From assembly GCA_965603825.1 (NCBI GenBank), contig CBFDEM010000018.1, positions 434,001 through 498,000 of the forward strand: 64,000 bases of DNA. Direction: 5' to 3'. Positions 1-10,759 of this stretch are shown piece after piece; position 1 is the first letter of the stretch; the number at the start of each line of letters is the position of its first letter. The position numbers and the translations under genes are program-made. The notes under the pieces are model-generated. The model saw only the letters and a program-made list of their open reading frames with translations, was not told where the DNA came from and ran no database searches. Source of the stretch: Blepharisma stoltei ATCC 30299 (taxonomy: Eukaryota; Protista; Ciliophora).

Positions 1-969
1 TTAAGAACAGGCGCATCATTTAAAACCAAAAATAGTCCAGTAAAAAAATAAGTCAGCTGGAGCAAAAATAAATTGTGAAACTTAAACTTGATGTAAAAGA
101 TGAGGAAAAATGTTATAGAGTTTATCAAAATAAGGCCTCCGAATAGAGAAAGCTCAAATATGATGATTTTTGAAGTGCAAGCTGAGCTAAGTGCGTTATA
201 AATATACACAATAAGGTATAAAATACATATCAAGTAGTAGTTATAAAAAAAGTGCTTCTTTTGTATCTGAATTTCTAAAAAAGCTTGAAATAAGTCAGAG
301 CCAGAAAGGACTTGGCTTTGGTATGCTTTTTCTGTAGCTTCATTTGAAAATTTCAGAGAAAAAGCTTTTTTGCTTCTGCAAGGTGAATCGCCGATGTATG
401 TGTTAACTGACGCTGCATGTAAGCCATCATCATGGCTAGGAGAAGGACCTATTTTCATTTATAAGCTAGAGATTAATTTTTCATTAGATATTATAGTGGA
501 GAATGTACAATTGGAAGATAAAGATTGAGGGATAAAAATAGCCTTTTGCTTGAATTAATTTTGGAAAATAAAGGATTAATTCTCTCTATAATTCTAAGGC
601 ATCAGCCATAAATTTCACTGATTAAAAAAGAATTTTAAGAAGGTTTAAGATAAGTTGAAGAAAAAAAGGAGCGGCTTGGCTTGTACAGGCAGGGATAAGT
701 GATTAATAAAATTATTATTAGGTGAGCTGTGGGAAAAGCAGGCACTTTTTGTTATTATATATTATAGAGTTCTCAGAGCAAATAGGTCTCTGCCATTATG
801 TAAATTAGACATTAAACCAAGTTGATTTATAATTTTAATTTATACGATATTTTAAGGTTTTTTTAATAAATTGCAATGATCACTCTGGTCTCAAAGAATT
901 ATTTTATTCATTCCAAAACCTTAATATTTTTGTACCGTATATCTTAGAAATGATATATAAATTATTTAT

Positions 970-1569
970 TTACAGTCCACAGCATTTTTTATTTGTTTTT
1001 TTCTTTTTCCTTACCATAGGAGAATTCTTTTTTAGGCATACTTTGATTGCTTCATCAAAAACTTGTTTAAGTCCTTCCTGAGTTAGTGCGCTACAAGGTA
1101 GCCAACTATAAAAGCCAACTTCTGCACAAAGATGCTGAGCTCTATTATCAGGGGCAGGTTCTTGTCTATTGTTTCTAGCTTCAATTGAATAATGATTGAT
1201 CTGGTCTTTTTGTGTTCCAACTAAAATAACCGGGACATGATTTACATTATTTTCTTGGATTTCTGGATACCAATAAGCTCTTACATTGAGAAGGCTAGGT
1301 AAAGAAATCATAGAGTAGCAGACAATAATGATATCTGAAGCCTTTATTATGGGCCTTCTAAAATCTGCATGCTCTTGGTCTCTTCTCCCAGATGTGTCAT
1401 AAATACTTAACGTGACTACTTCACTTCCAGCATTTACAAGAGCATTATAGTTATCTAAAATTGTAGGAGTGTAGACCTGAGGGAATGTGTTGGCAGTATA
1501 AGAGGCGACCATACAAGTTTTGCCTATATCTGAGTCTCCGAGAATTGTGCATTTTATTTCTCTATTCAT
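970..1569 (-). CDS. Rho/Rac-family small GTPase, atypical G1/G3 motifs
   Basis: GDSDIGKT P-loop, YTPTILDNY switch I, DTSG, CSAL, polybasic tail plus CCGL CaaX; TAA stop. Confidence 0.9.
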   Translation of the reverse strand: MNREIKCTILGDSDIGKTCMVASYTANTFPQVYTPTILDNYNALVNAGSEVVTLSIYDTSGRRDQEHADFRRPIIKASDIIIVCYSMISLPSLLNVRAYWYPEIQENNVNHVPVILVGTQKDQINHYSIEARNNRQEPAPDNRAQHLCAEVGFYSWLPCSALTQEGLKQVFDEAIKVCLKKNSPMVRKKKKTNKKCCGL

Positions 1570-2199
1570 TTTTTACTATTTTTCAAAAATTGAATAGGAT
1601 GAGAAAATTGAAAGTTAAGATAGAAAATATAAAAATAAAGAATTTTTAATGTTCTAGGATACACACATTTAATAATATTTTAAATTTAGAGGATTTGGAA
1701 TTATTATATACGATTTATAAAGAATTTTATTTCTTTTAACAAAGCAATTATATTTAATATGATATAGATTTAGGCATTAGAATAGATTTTTGCTTTATTA
1801 AGTTCCATTTTAGCTATTATTCATTAACTTAATAAGAGCTGAACCATAATCGTTTCATTTTTATAAATTCAAAAACTCCAGCATAAATTTTCAATTTCGC
1901 TTATATTAAGCATCTATCTAAAGCCACAAAACATAATTAGCCTCGCTCATGCTGAAACATTGAATAATATCAACAAAAAAACAATTAAAAGAGATAATAT
2001 CATGAATCTCCATATTTAGCCTAAGATCATCAACTTTAAAAAAGCTGGACAAATAACTGTTTCAAATTTAGAATTTAAAAAATTATTACCAAACTTCCAC
2101 AGCTTTTTTCTCTTGCATTTTTCTATCAAAATTGTCCCAAAATAATATCAATTTGCATAGAAATATTCTCCAACCATTCTCAATAATTATAATTAAATA

Positions 2200-3111
2200 A
2201 TGAACATACTAAAAAAGCTTTACAACACTAGACTCCTAGCCCATTTTCTTATCACAGTCGAGATACTAGTAGAGCACGCACAAGTAATGTCCTTCTTGAA
2301 GTCCGCTCCTGATCCCACTGACAATTTATGGAACTCAGATGCCGTAGATGCCTTTGATGGGCTGAAAAAAATTGCCTTAAGATTTGATGACGATGCATTT
2401 ATGGGGATCTATATCACCTCAATTGCCATTGTGGGAGCTACTTTTATCCTTTATTTGATCCTTGCAACAAAAGTCCACAAATGGAATAAAGGACAAGACA
2501 CATGGGGAACCTTAGCTATATGGTTTGTGGAGCATATAATTTATGGGATTGGCTTTGTCCCGATCATATCACAATATGTGGCTCCTCAATATTGCAATCT
2601 TTATAGTGAGCTGAAATCTTATACCTCACTCGATTGCTGGAAAACAGACCAAATGGCTATGCTGGAATTCGGATTTATTTTTACCGGTATTGCCTTGTTT
2701 ATGGCTGGAGTTGTGGCACCAGTCCTTAAATCTGAGCGCAACGGGATCGAGAAAAGGTGGGGCAATGAGAGCTATTTCCCAGGAATGTACAAGTTGTATG
2801 TGATTGGGGTCGCATTTTTACTAGCACCAGTGGGCGTTCCTTATGCTGGGATTATTGTGACGATTTTTATTATACTGTACTTATTCTTTTTCGAGTGCTA
2901 CAAAAGTTTACATGTTGCTAGTATGAGAATGTCGGTGCTATGGGGATCTTTATGGGTTTTCATCTGTGCTGAATCACTGAAAGAATCGACAAGCAGAGGG
3001 TCTGACATGCTTGCAGGTTGGATTCCTTTCTTAGTGTTTGGCTATATCATTATGCCATTGAAAGCACTGATTGTTAAAAGAGAGCTGAAAGTCTTGCCAA
3101 TAGAAAAATAG
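2200..3111 (+). CDS. Multi-pass membrane protein of unknown function
   Basis: 303-aa ORF with ~7 hydrophobic segments, taaataATG start context, TAG stop. Confidence 0.75.
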   Translation: MNILKKLYNTRLLAHFLITVEILVEHAQVMSFLKSAPDPTDNLWNSDAVDAFDGLKKIALRFDDDAFMGIYITSIAIVGATFILYLILATKVHKWNKGQDTWGTLAIWFVEHIIYGIGFVPIISQYVAPQYCNLYSELKSYTSLDCWKTDQMAMLEFGFIFTGIALFMAGVVAPVLKSERNGIEKRWGNESYFPGMYKLYVIGVAFLLAPVGVPYAGIIVTIFIILYLFFFECYKSLHVASMRMSVLWGSLWVFICAESLKESTSRGSDMLAGWIPFLVFGYIIMPLKALIVKRELKVLPIEK

Positions 3112-3183
3112 AAATCATATGGATTTAAGATAAATATTCATCTATACACAGTCTTATAAAATATTTAATAAATGCTAATGTCA

Positions 3184-3771
3184 TTAAGGGGAAGGGGAAG
3201 GACTTACTCCCATACTTCTAAAGAAATCATATACAACTTTTCCCATATTTTTTTGGTCTGAAGTTAAAACTTGTTTTGGATTGTCTTTTATGGAGTCAAG
3301 CCACACAATAAAATCTTGGAAATTTTGCTGATACTCCTATATATAATTTACAGATTTTTCCGAGAATATATGAATCCATTGTAAACTGCCGATATCTTGG
3401 TTAAGTTCTTTTTCAGAGAGATCATTAGGCCTGAGGTTTATTAAAAACTGATTGCTTTTATAATAAATTTCAATATAAACCATATGGAATTTCTTTCTTG
3501 ATACTGAAACTCCTAAAACTCTTACATAAGAGTGCTTTGAGCCAATAAAAGTTCCTTTAAAGCCCCTTATTTCCATTGGGACATACAGAGGGATTATCAA
3601 TTTTAACTGCTCAAGTGTCTTCGCTGATTCAAAAAGACCTGTATAATCGAAAATTTTGACCTTATTGTCTTTAAACTTGCTGAGCTTAGGTGGTGATTTT
3701 GCTGATAAATCATTATTATCTCTATTTGTTTTGCAGGTGCAAGCTTCAAACAAATTCTCTGTGTTTCCCAT
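3184..3771 (-). CDS. Hypothetical protein (MG N-terminus, possibly myristoylated), 2 exons
   Basis: ORF 3337-3771 extends by 50 codons (EYQQNFQDF...SPSP, TAA) when the 15-nt intron 3337-3351 is removed. Confidence 0.65.
3337..3351 (-). other. 15-nt spliceosomal intron GTAAATTATATATAG
   Basis: GTA..TAG, A at position 10; removal restores an open frame. Confidence 0.75.
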
Positions 3772-4100
3772 TATAAATAATACAAGGGGAGAAAATTAAT
3801 GAATATTCACAAATATGTAGTTCTATTAGAAAGAGTACATATTTAAGTGCGTGATTTAAAATAGTCGTTATAATTTTCTTATTAATTTATTATTTGTCAT
3901 TTTTGGAAATTATTTTAGATATATTTTCCATCTCATATAAATTACTTATTTAGATCCTGCATTTATCATATACTTATTAAAGCTTTGATACTCAAATAAT
4001 TAAAATAATTATGATATTTTAGCTTGAGAATACAAAAATTAGCTTCAAAATGATAGCTGCAGCTGGCATTAAAATTGCCCAAAACATGAAAATATGTAAT

Positions 4101-5789
4101 ATGAAGCTTCTTATTTTATATGGTTCACAAACAGGAACTGCAGAAGAAGTTTCATATGATTTAGCAAGAGAAGCAGCTCACAGATCAATAGAATCAGAAA
4201 TATTCCCATTAGACTCTTTTCCTTTAGAAAATCTCATATACCAGCAACTTGCTATTTTTGTTGTCTCAACAACAGGCCAAGGCGAACCTCCTGACAATAT
4301 GATAGTCTTCTGAAGAGCCCTTATGAATAAAAATCTGCCTAAAACTCTGCTAGAAAATATGAATTTTACTGTTTTTGGGTTAGGAGATTCGACATATGAG
4401 CAATTCAATGCTATTGCACGGAAGCTTTGGATTAGGCTAACACAGTTAGGAGGGAAAGGGTTTTACAGAAAAGGACTAGGTGACGAAATGCATGATTTTG
4501 AGTATGAGGCTGAATATCACCCTTGGTGTGAAGGATTATGAGAAGCGCTGGCTGGTTATTTTCCAATTATCAATGAGGTAGAAATCAATAATGAGCTATT
4601 TCCTCCGCTATATGTTATAGAAAATGTAGACTTGGCTGAACAATCGTCGAAGAGAAGCCAATTATCAGTTGTATCTAATCAAATTATCGCCCAAAAATAT
4701 TCAATATCAAGAAAAATCGTATTGAGTGGTGACTTCTCTATAAACCCAGGCGATACTTGTTGCATTTATCCAGAAAATAACCCTTCTGAAGTTTCAAAAC
4801 TAATGGAACTAATGGGCTGGCCTAATAACATCCTCTCAATTTCCATAAATCCTTCATATCCTTTACCCCCTAAAGATCTACCCTTCAACTCCCCTATAAC
4901 CCTCCAAACCCTTCTTACAGCCTACATAGACCTTCACAAGCCAGCATCAAGGTATTTCATATGAATAATTTCCCATTTCGCTGATGGAGCCCAAAAAGAA
5001 AAATTAACTGAAATGAGCAGTAAAACTACAGAAGGCCGCAATGAATACCACCGATATGTGGTAAAAGAAAAACGCAATATCATAGAAATCTTATGGGATT
5101 TTACTACAGTTAGGAATCTTCCTTTAGAATATTTTATTGAAGCTGCAGGATTTTTAAAACCAAGAGAATTTAGCATTGCAAGTCCTCCTGGGAACTGTGG
5201 CCAGCTAGAAATATTAGTGAGCGCAGTGGAGCATTTTACCCCTATGGGAAGAGTTGTAAAAGGACTTTGTACACATTTTTTGGCAAAAATGCAGGCAGAA
5301 GAAAAGGTGTCTGCTTTTGTTAAAAGGGGGAGAATGCCAATTCCTCCTTTTAATGCACCATTAATAGTGATAGCTACTGGAGCAGGCTTAGCACCATTAA
5401 AATCACTGATTTATCATAGGATCCAAAATAATGCTTATGATAATACACTGTTTTTTGGATGCCGACATCCTGATTACGATTATCTTTGTAAAGACGAGCT
5501 TGAATCATTGCAAATTAAAAATCAGCTTACGATTTATATGGCGTTTTCTCAGGTTAGTGAGCATAAATTTTATGTCCAAAACAGAATAAAAAATGAATGA
5601 AAATTTTTCAGTGAAAAAATTTTAGCTGGAGCTTTTGTTTATATTTGTGGGAAATATAGGCAATTAGGAAAAATAATTGAAGATGCTACGAAATTTACTT
5701 TGGTTCAAGCAGGGATAGAGGAAGATGCAGCAAATGATATTGTTCAAAGGATGAAAAGAGAAAGAAGATTTTATTTGGAATCTTGGTAA
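4101..5789 (+). CDS. NDOR1: NADPH-dependent diflavin oxidoreductase 1 (NDOR1/Tah18), 4 in-frame UGA=Trp
   Basis: LYGSQTGTAE, STTGQGEPPDNM, FGLGDSTY, PREFSIAS, ATGAGLAP, FFGCR, YICG, C-terminal ESW-TAA; track fragments all in one frame, separated by TGA at 4311, 4539, 4962, 5598. Confidence 0.93.
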
Positions 5790-6142
5790 TTTAATTTCAA
5801 AGTAAAATAATTAATTTTCTGTGCATTATACATTGGAAACATAAATTTGAGGTAAATAAACAGAATAAATTTGGTTTAACCAAATGGATTAGATTTCTTA
5901 TAGAAAATCTTTGAATTATCAATGAATGGAACACACTAAATTATAAAAAGGATAACAGTTGTTATGAATACTAAAGCTGCAAATAATTTCTATGATAATA
6001 TTCATTATGAAAGAGAAATTAATAAGGCTAAAAGAATTATTGAGAACCGTTTTAAGGAAAAAATTTATTTTTACTAATTTTAGCAAGAAATTATTTTTGG
6101 AAATCAGATTTAATATAAATCCATTATTATTAATTTCTTAAA

Positions 6143-6850
6143 ATGCTCAAGAGTATGGATAATGATCAATTTTTGCAAGAAATATTGCAGAAAAACTACA
6201 GCCAACATCTCCGACAGCTCAAAACCCCAATAAATATGCCCAAAAATCTCAAAAATAATGAAAAAATCCATAAATCTTGCAAGTGTCTTGTAGATTCAAT
6301 AAATTTTGAAATTGACAAAACAATCATCCGTTTCTACAATAAAGATTTCGAGACACATAAAAAGGCTAGCTATGTTCTAAGCCCTAAGCCATCAAAATTC
6401 TATAATGATAAGTTCAAGACATCTCGGCTTTTTGAGCCTTCCGATAACTGCAATTTTAAATACAAAACAAAAAGCTTAAGTAACTTCAATGCAAATCCCT
6501 TGAAATATAAATTAAAGCAGCTTTCTGTACATTTACCTCCAATAATAAACAGTCCAAAAATAAGAAAAACTAAAAGAATTTCTCTTGGAAATTCTTCGCC
6601 AAAGCTAAGCAAGTTATTTGGCAGCAGAAGCGTGAATTTGCATATTCAAGGAGAAAGTCAAATACCATTATATATAAATCATGATAAAAGTAAGCAGCTC
6701 TATGATTGCCTTTTTACTGAAGATTATAGTAAAAACCTTGAAGGGGAGCTAGAAGAAGAAAATTTTGGAAATTTAGAAGAAGAAAATTTTGGAAATTTAG
6801 ATGAAGAAAATTTTGAAGATTTAGATAAAAATATTGCTGAAATTTTTTAA
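6143..6850 (+). CDS. Hypothetical basic low-complexity protein with acidic C-terminal repeats
   Basis: 235-aa ORF, TAA stop. Confidence 0.6.
   Translation: MLKSMDNDQFLQEILQKNYSQHLRQLKTPINMPKNLKNNEKIHKSCKCLVDSINFEIDKTIIRFYNKDFETHKKASYVLSPKPSKFYNDKFKTSRLFEPSDNCNFKYKTKSLSNFNANPLKYKLKQLSVHLPPIINSPKIRKTKRISLGNSSPKLSKLFGSRSVNLHIQGESQIPLYINHDKSKQLYDCLFTEDYSKNLEGELEEENFGNLEEENFGNLDEENFEDLDKNIAEIF
6750..6821 (+). repeat. 3 x 24-bp tandem repeat encoding (L)EEENFGN
   Basis: TAGAAGAAGAAAATTTTGGAAATT x2 plus a degenerate third copy. Confidence 0.9.
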
Positions 6851-6914
6851 GAGTTGCACAACATTAAGAGTATTAATTAAAATTTTGTAAATATTAAATT
6901 TATAAAGAATTTTC

Positions 6915-8405
6915 ATGGCGGGAGATATTTTTCGCATAATGATAGCAACTGATAATCATTTAGGCTATTATGAGCGTGATCAAGTGCGTAAAGATGACTC
7001 ATTTAGAGCTGTAGAAGAAGTCCTATCAAAGTCACTTTCAGAAAATGTTGATTTTTTATTATTAGGTGGCGATTTATTCCATGAGCATAATCCTACAAAA
7101 TATACATTAAATCGTACATTTAGGCTATTTGCAGATTATGTTGTAGGCCAAAGACCATTAAATTTCGAAACTTTATCAACTTATACAAATCTTAATTACC
7201 TGAACCCTTCAATTGATATAAAATTGCCTGTCTTCATTGTTCATGGCAACCATGACGATCCCTCTATGGATACTCATATTTCAGCTGTAAATCTTATGCA
7301 AAATGCCCACTATGTGAATTATATTTATGCTGAGCAAACAGAAGAAACAATTCAAATTAAACCGATTATCCTCAAAAAAGGCACAACTTTATTAGCAATC
7401 TATGGATTAGGACATTTAAAAGATGAGAAACTTAATAGGTATTTCAAAGAAGATGCAGTAAAATTTTTACCTCCTCCTGATGCTAATAAATATTTTCATA
7501 TTTGTGTAATTCATCAAAATCGATTTAAAGGCCACAGCCTAGGCGCGCCAGCCAAAAACTGTGTGATGGATTGGCAGCTTCCGAAATTTATTGATTTAGT
7601 AATATGGGGACATGAGCATGATAGCTATCCTGAAGTCAGAACTCCTGACGGTGCTGGATATGTGATTCTGCAGCCAGGTTCAACTGTAGCTACATCTTTA
7701 ACTGAAGGGGAAGCCCTTCAAAAGCATATGTTTTTACTTGAAGTAAAAAATCTTGGCTATCGACACCGTGGAATCCCAATTGCAAACACAAGACCGATTC
7801 TATACAAACAAATTGAGCTAGATTCTATGTGTAGCAATGCTCTAGAAGCTGAAGAATTTTTAACACAAATTTTCAATGAAATGCTAGCTGAAACTCCAGC
7901 AAGTCCTTTAATGCCACCTCTTGCGAGAATTAAGGTAGAATGCAGCGGTTTCGAGGAATTGAGAGTTTTTCACCTTAATTCAATTTTTTCTGAAAAAGTA
8001 GCTAACAAAGATGTGATTTGCACTTGGAAAAAGGCCCATGCTTCTCAAGATACTTCAAAGGTAGTCCAAACCAATTCAGGCTATGGAGATATTTTACAAA
8101 TTTTAGAAGAAGATGCAAATGAGTTAAATGATGGATGTTCAGTTTTCCATCCTGAAGAGTTTGTAGAATATACTCGCAATGTAGCTTTAAAAGGAGACAA
8201 TAAAGCGCTAGAACATCTATTTGACGCGAAAAAACAAATGGCTATAAATTTATTAAATACACTAATACCACAAGAATATGATGAATTAGCTATGGATCGA
8301 TTAATATCTAATTTAGATATAAAAAACTCTGAACCTACCTTCAAAAGACAAGCATCCCCTAAGACGTCCTCGAAAAAATCTGGGAAAAAAATTAAAAACA
8401 CTTAA
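6915..8405 (+). CDS. MRE11: Mre11 double-strand break repair nuclease (short, 496 aa)
   Basis: ATDNHLGY, GGDLFH, HGNHDDP, IHQNR, WGHEH, QPGSTVATSL motifs. Confidence 0.95.
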   Translation: MAGDIFRIMIATDNHLGYYERDQVRKDDSFRAVEEVLSKSLSENVDFLLLGGDLFHEHNPTKYTLNRTFRLFADYVVGQRPLNFETLSTYTNLNYLNPSIDIKLPVFIVHGNHDDPSMDTHISAVNLMQNAHYVNYIYAEQTEETIQIKPIILKKGTTLLAIYGLGHLKDEKLNRYFKEDAVKFLPPPDANKYFHICVIHQNRFKGHSLGAPAKNCVMDWQLPKFIDLVIWGHEHDSYPEVRTPDGAGYVILQPGSTVATSLTEGEALQKHMFLLEVKNLGYRHRGIPIANTRPILYKQIELDSMCSNALEAEEFLTQIFNEMLAETPASPLMPPLARIKVECSGFEELRVFHLNSIFSEKVANKDVICTWKKAHASQDTSKVVQTNSGYGDILQILEEDANELNDGCSVFHPEEFVEYTRNVALKGDNKALEHLFDAKKQMAINLLNTLIPQEYDELAMDRLISNLDIKNSEPTFKRQASPKTSSKKSGKKIKNT

Positions 8406-8428
8406 TTATACACCAGCTGACAAATTAA

Positions 8429-9364
8429 TTAAATATCTATATCTTGAAATTTAATTCTTCTAGATACAATATTTAAAGCTGTTCTTTTCTTTACTATTTT
8501 TACAGAATTTATAAGTTTCGCATTCAGGGCTTTATTCCTGCTATCTATCTTGAATATTCCTGAAGAATCAGGAGTATTATTATTTTTAGGGGAAACTTCC
8601 TGGCTTATAGATGGTGAATTTATTTGTTTTGCAGAAAGCTGCTTGTTTAGCCCTTTCCTAATTTTAAAAGTTTGAGGTGCATCAGGTGAATTCCGAGACA
8701 TTCTGACGGTAAGGGTTTTCAATTTTGACAGATTTTGTCTCTCCCTTTTTTTACTTTCCAGCTCAGATATTTGCTTGGCTATCCCTTCACGATCAATTAT
8801 GCCTTCTTCTATATTTCTAGGACTTTGATAAGGAGTGGCTTCAAAAATGCCATTATTTTGGGACTCAGTTTCTTTTTCTTTAATAATTTTCCGAGAGCAA
8901 TTATTGAGTTTTAATACTTTCATAAGTGCTTTTTTACTTTCAGTGCATGACATATTTATTAGTGAATCATTTTTTCAGCTAAAGGTTGTTTTATTTGTCT
9001 GGGGTGAAAGGAAGCCTGAGTTTGTAGGAGAGTTATTAACTGAGCAAGGATTTGTCTGTAAAGCTTTTGGTAGTTTTTGCCCTTTTATAATATTCAATTT
9101 TAATATCCTAGGTGATGTCTCAGTATTATTCCAAGTTCTGCACGATTTTTTTATAGGTGATAGCAAGCAATTTTTAAGCGGCTCATTTATTTCTTGTTCA
9201 CCAGTTTCTTCTTCGTCTATTGGAAGTAAAAACCTTACTGACCTTTGGCTTTTAAATGGCTCTGTATTTATGCAGCCTTCATAAGAAGAAGCTCCAAACT
9301 GAGCTTTTGATTCATTAAGTCCTGGAGGTCTATTTAAAGATATCGTGGATTTTCCAGCACCCAT
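8429..9364 (-). CDS. Hypothetical low-complexity protein (MGAGKS, myristoylation-like), 1 UGA
   Basis: ORFs 8975-9364 and 8429-8953 are in frame across TGA 8975-8977. Confidence 0.65.
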
Positions 9365-9601
9365 ACTTCAATTCTAATTATTTATTTATTCTAATTTGGC
9401 ATTAATTAAATTCATAAATTTTTTACTAAAATATTTTAGGGTTCTAATTCCGCTCTTTGGGTTTCCAGAATTTTCTGATATCTAAAAGATTATATAGAGG
9501 AAAATGATATTAATGATAATTAAGGCATAATCTATTATGATTCCACCATTTATATGATTATTACTTCTACTTATATAAAAGAATATTAATTTTTATTTCC
9601 A

Positions 9602-10426
9602 TTAAAATAGCAGGAAGATAATCATAAGCAGCTCGAAAACCAAAGCACCAGCTTGATTATTAGCGGTTGGAGCTCTTGATGGTCTTCTGCGTCTGACTCT
9701 CAGCATAAGTCTTTTATTTAAGGGCTGGATATTTCTATCGCTCCTTATCATACCTTCAAAAGTATTATTTTCGCTTCATTTTTCGACGAAAAACTTAAGC
9801 TGATCCATTGCAAGACTTTGGACGTCAGATAAGACTATCCATTTTACGTTTTCTTGGCATGGATAAGTAGTCATTGATCCTTCAAATTCATAGAAATCTC
9901 CAATAGTATCAAAACCTCCAAAAGCGTCCATCAAATTAATATCGACTACTTCATTAGAAGATTTTATCACTTGAGATATAAAAGGGCTGTTTTCTTTATT
10001 GGAGACTTTAAATAGCAAAGCTAAAATAAAAGTTTGGCCCAAAACATTTGGATTATACATAGTAATCTGCATCTCTAAATCGAATTTTTCGTCGTTAATT
10101 GTATGCTCAGATGGCGAATGAAATTGAGCAAGTTGGCTTTTTAAAGTAATACTTAGCATCTCAGAGATATAAAAAGTTAATGAGCCCATATCTCCGTATA
10201 ATTCAAAAATATTTGAATTTCAGATCCCTTTGATTGGTTTAGGAATAAACTGCAAAGAAATAGAAGAGCCAGTACTGGCTGAGACTGTGACAGCTTCTGA
10301 CTCATTGATGTTCACTGGGGATTGAAGAGTTCCTGATGCGCATTCTCCATCCCAATCGTCCCCTCCGCTCTCATAAGAGAGCTCATATGATACAGCAAGG
10401 CAAAACAAAGTGATTAAATGCCTCAT
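9602..10426 (-). CDS. Secreted or GPI-type alpha-carbonic-anhydrase-related protein, 2 UGA
   Basis: Signal peptide, W..EC..G.LQSPVNI, PSEHTI, FEGSMTTYPCQENVKWIV, RNIQPLN, hydrophobic C-terminus; TGA at 10220 and 9776. Confidence 0.85.
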
Positions 10427-10759
10427 TTTATTACAGTGGTTATAAATTCTGATTAGAAATTCAAAATTTGCAAATTTTGCTGACAATATGGTTTCTATTG
10501 CGATAAAAATGATATTTTAAGGAATTTTCAGCATTAAAAAATAATCCTCGAATAATGAACAGAAATTATTATAATCTAATTATTATAATCGCAGAATATA
10601 AAATAATAAATTATTGAATTATTTTTAAAATTTCTTCAAAATAATTGAATTTTTAAGCACAAAGCTTATTTATTTTAAAAATTATGCTATATTAACTGAA
10701 ACATATCAAAAAATAAAAAATAAAATTTTATTTCGACATTAATCTTCTGCTTTAAAACC

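Noticed and set aside
247-558. ~100-codon open stretch on the + strand under UGA=Trp
   Set aside because: No convincing start and no recognisable motif; surrounded by stops; at best a gene relic
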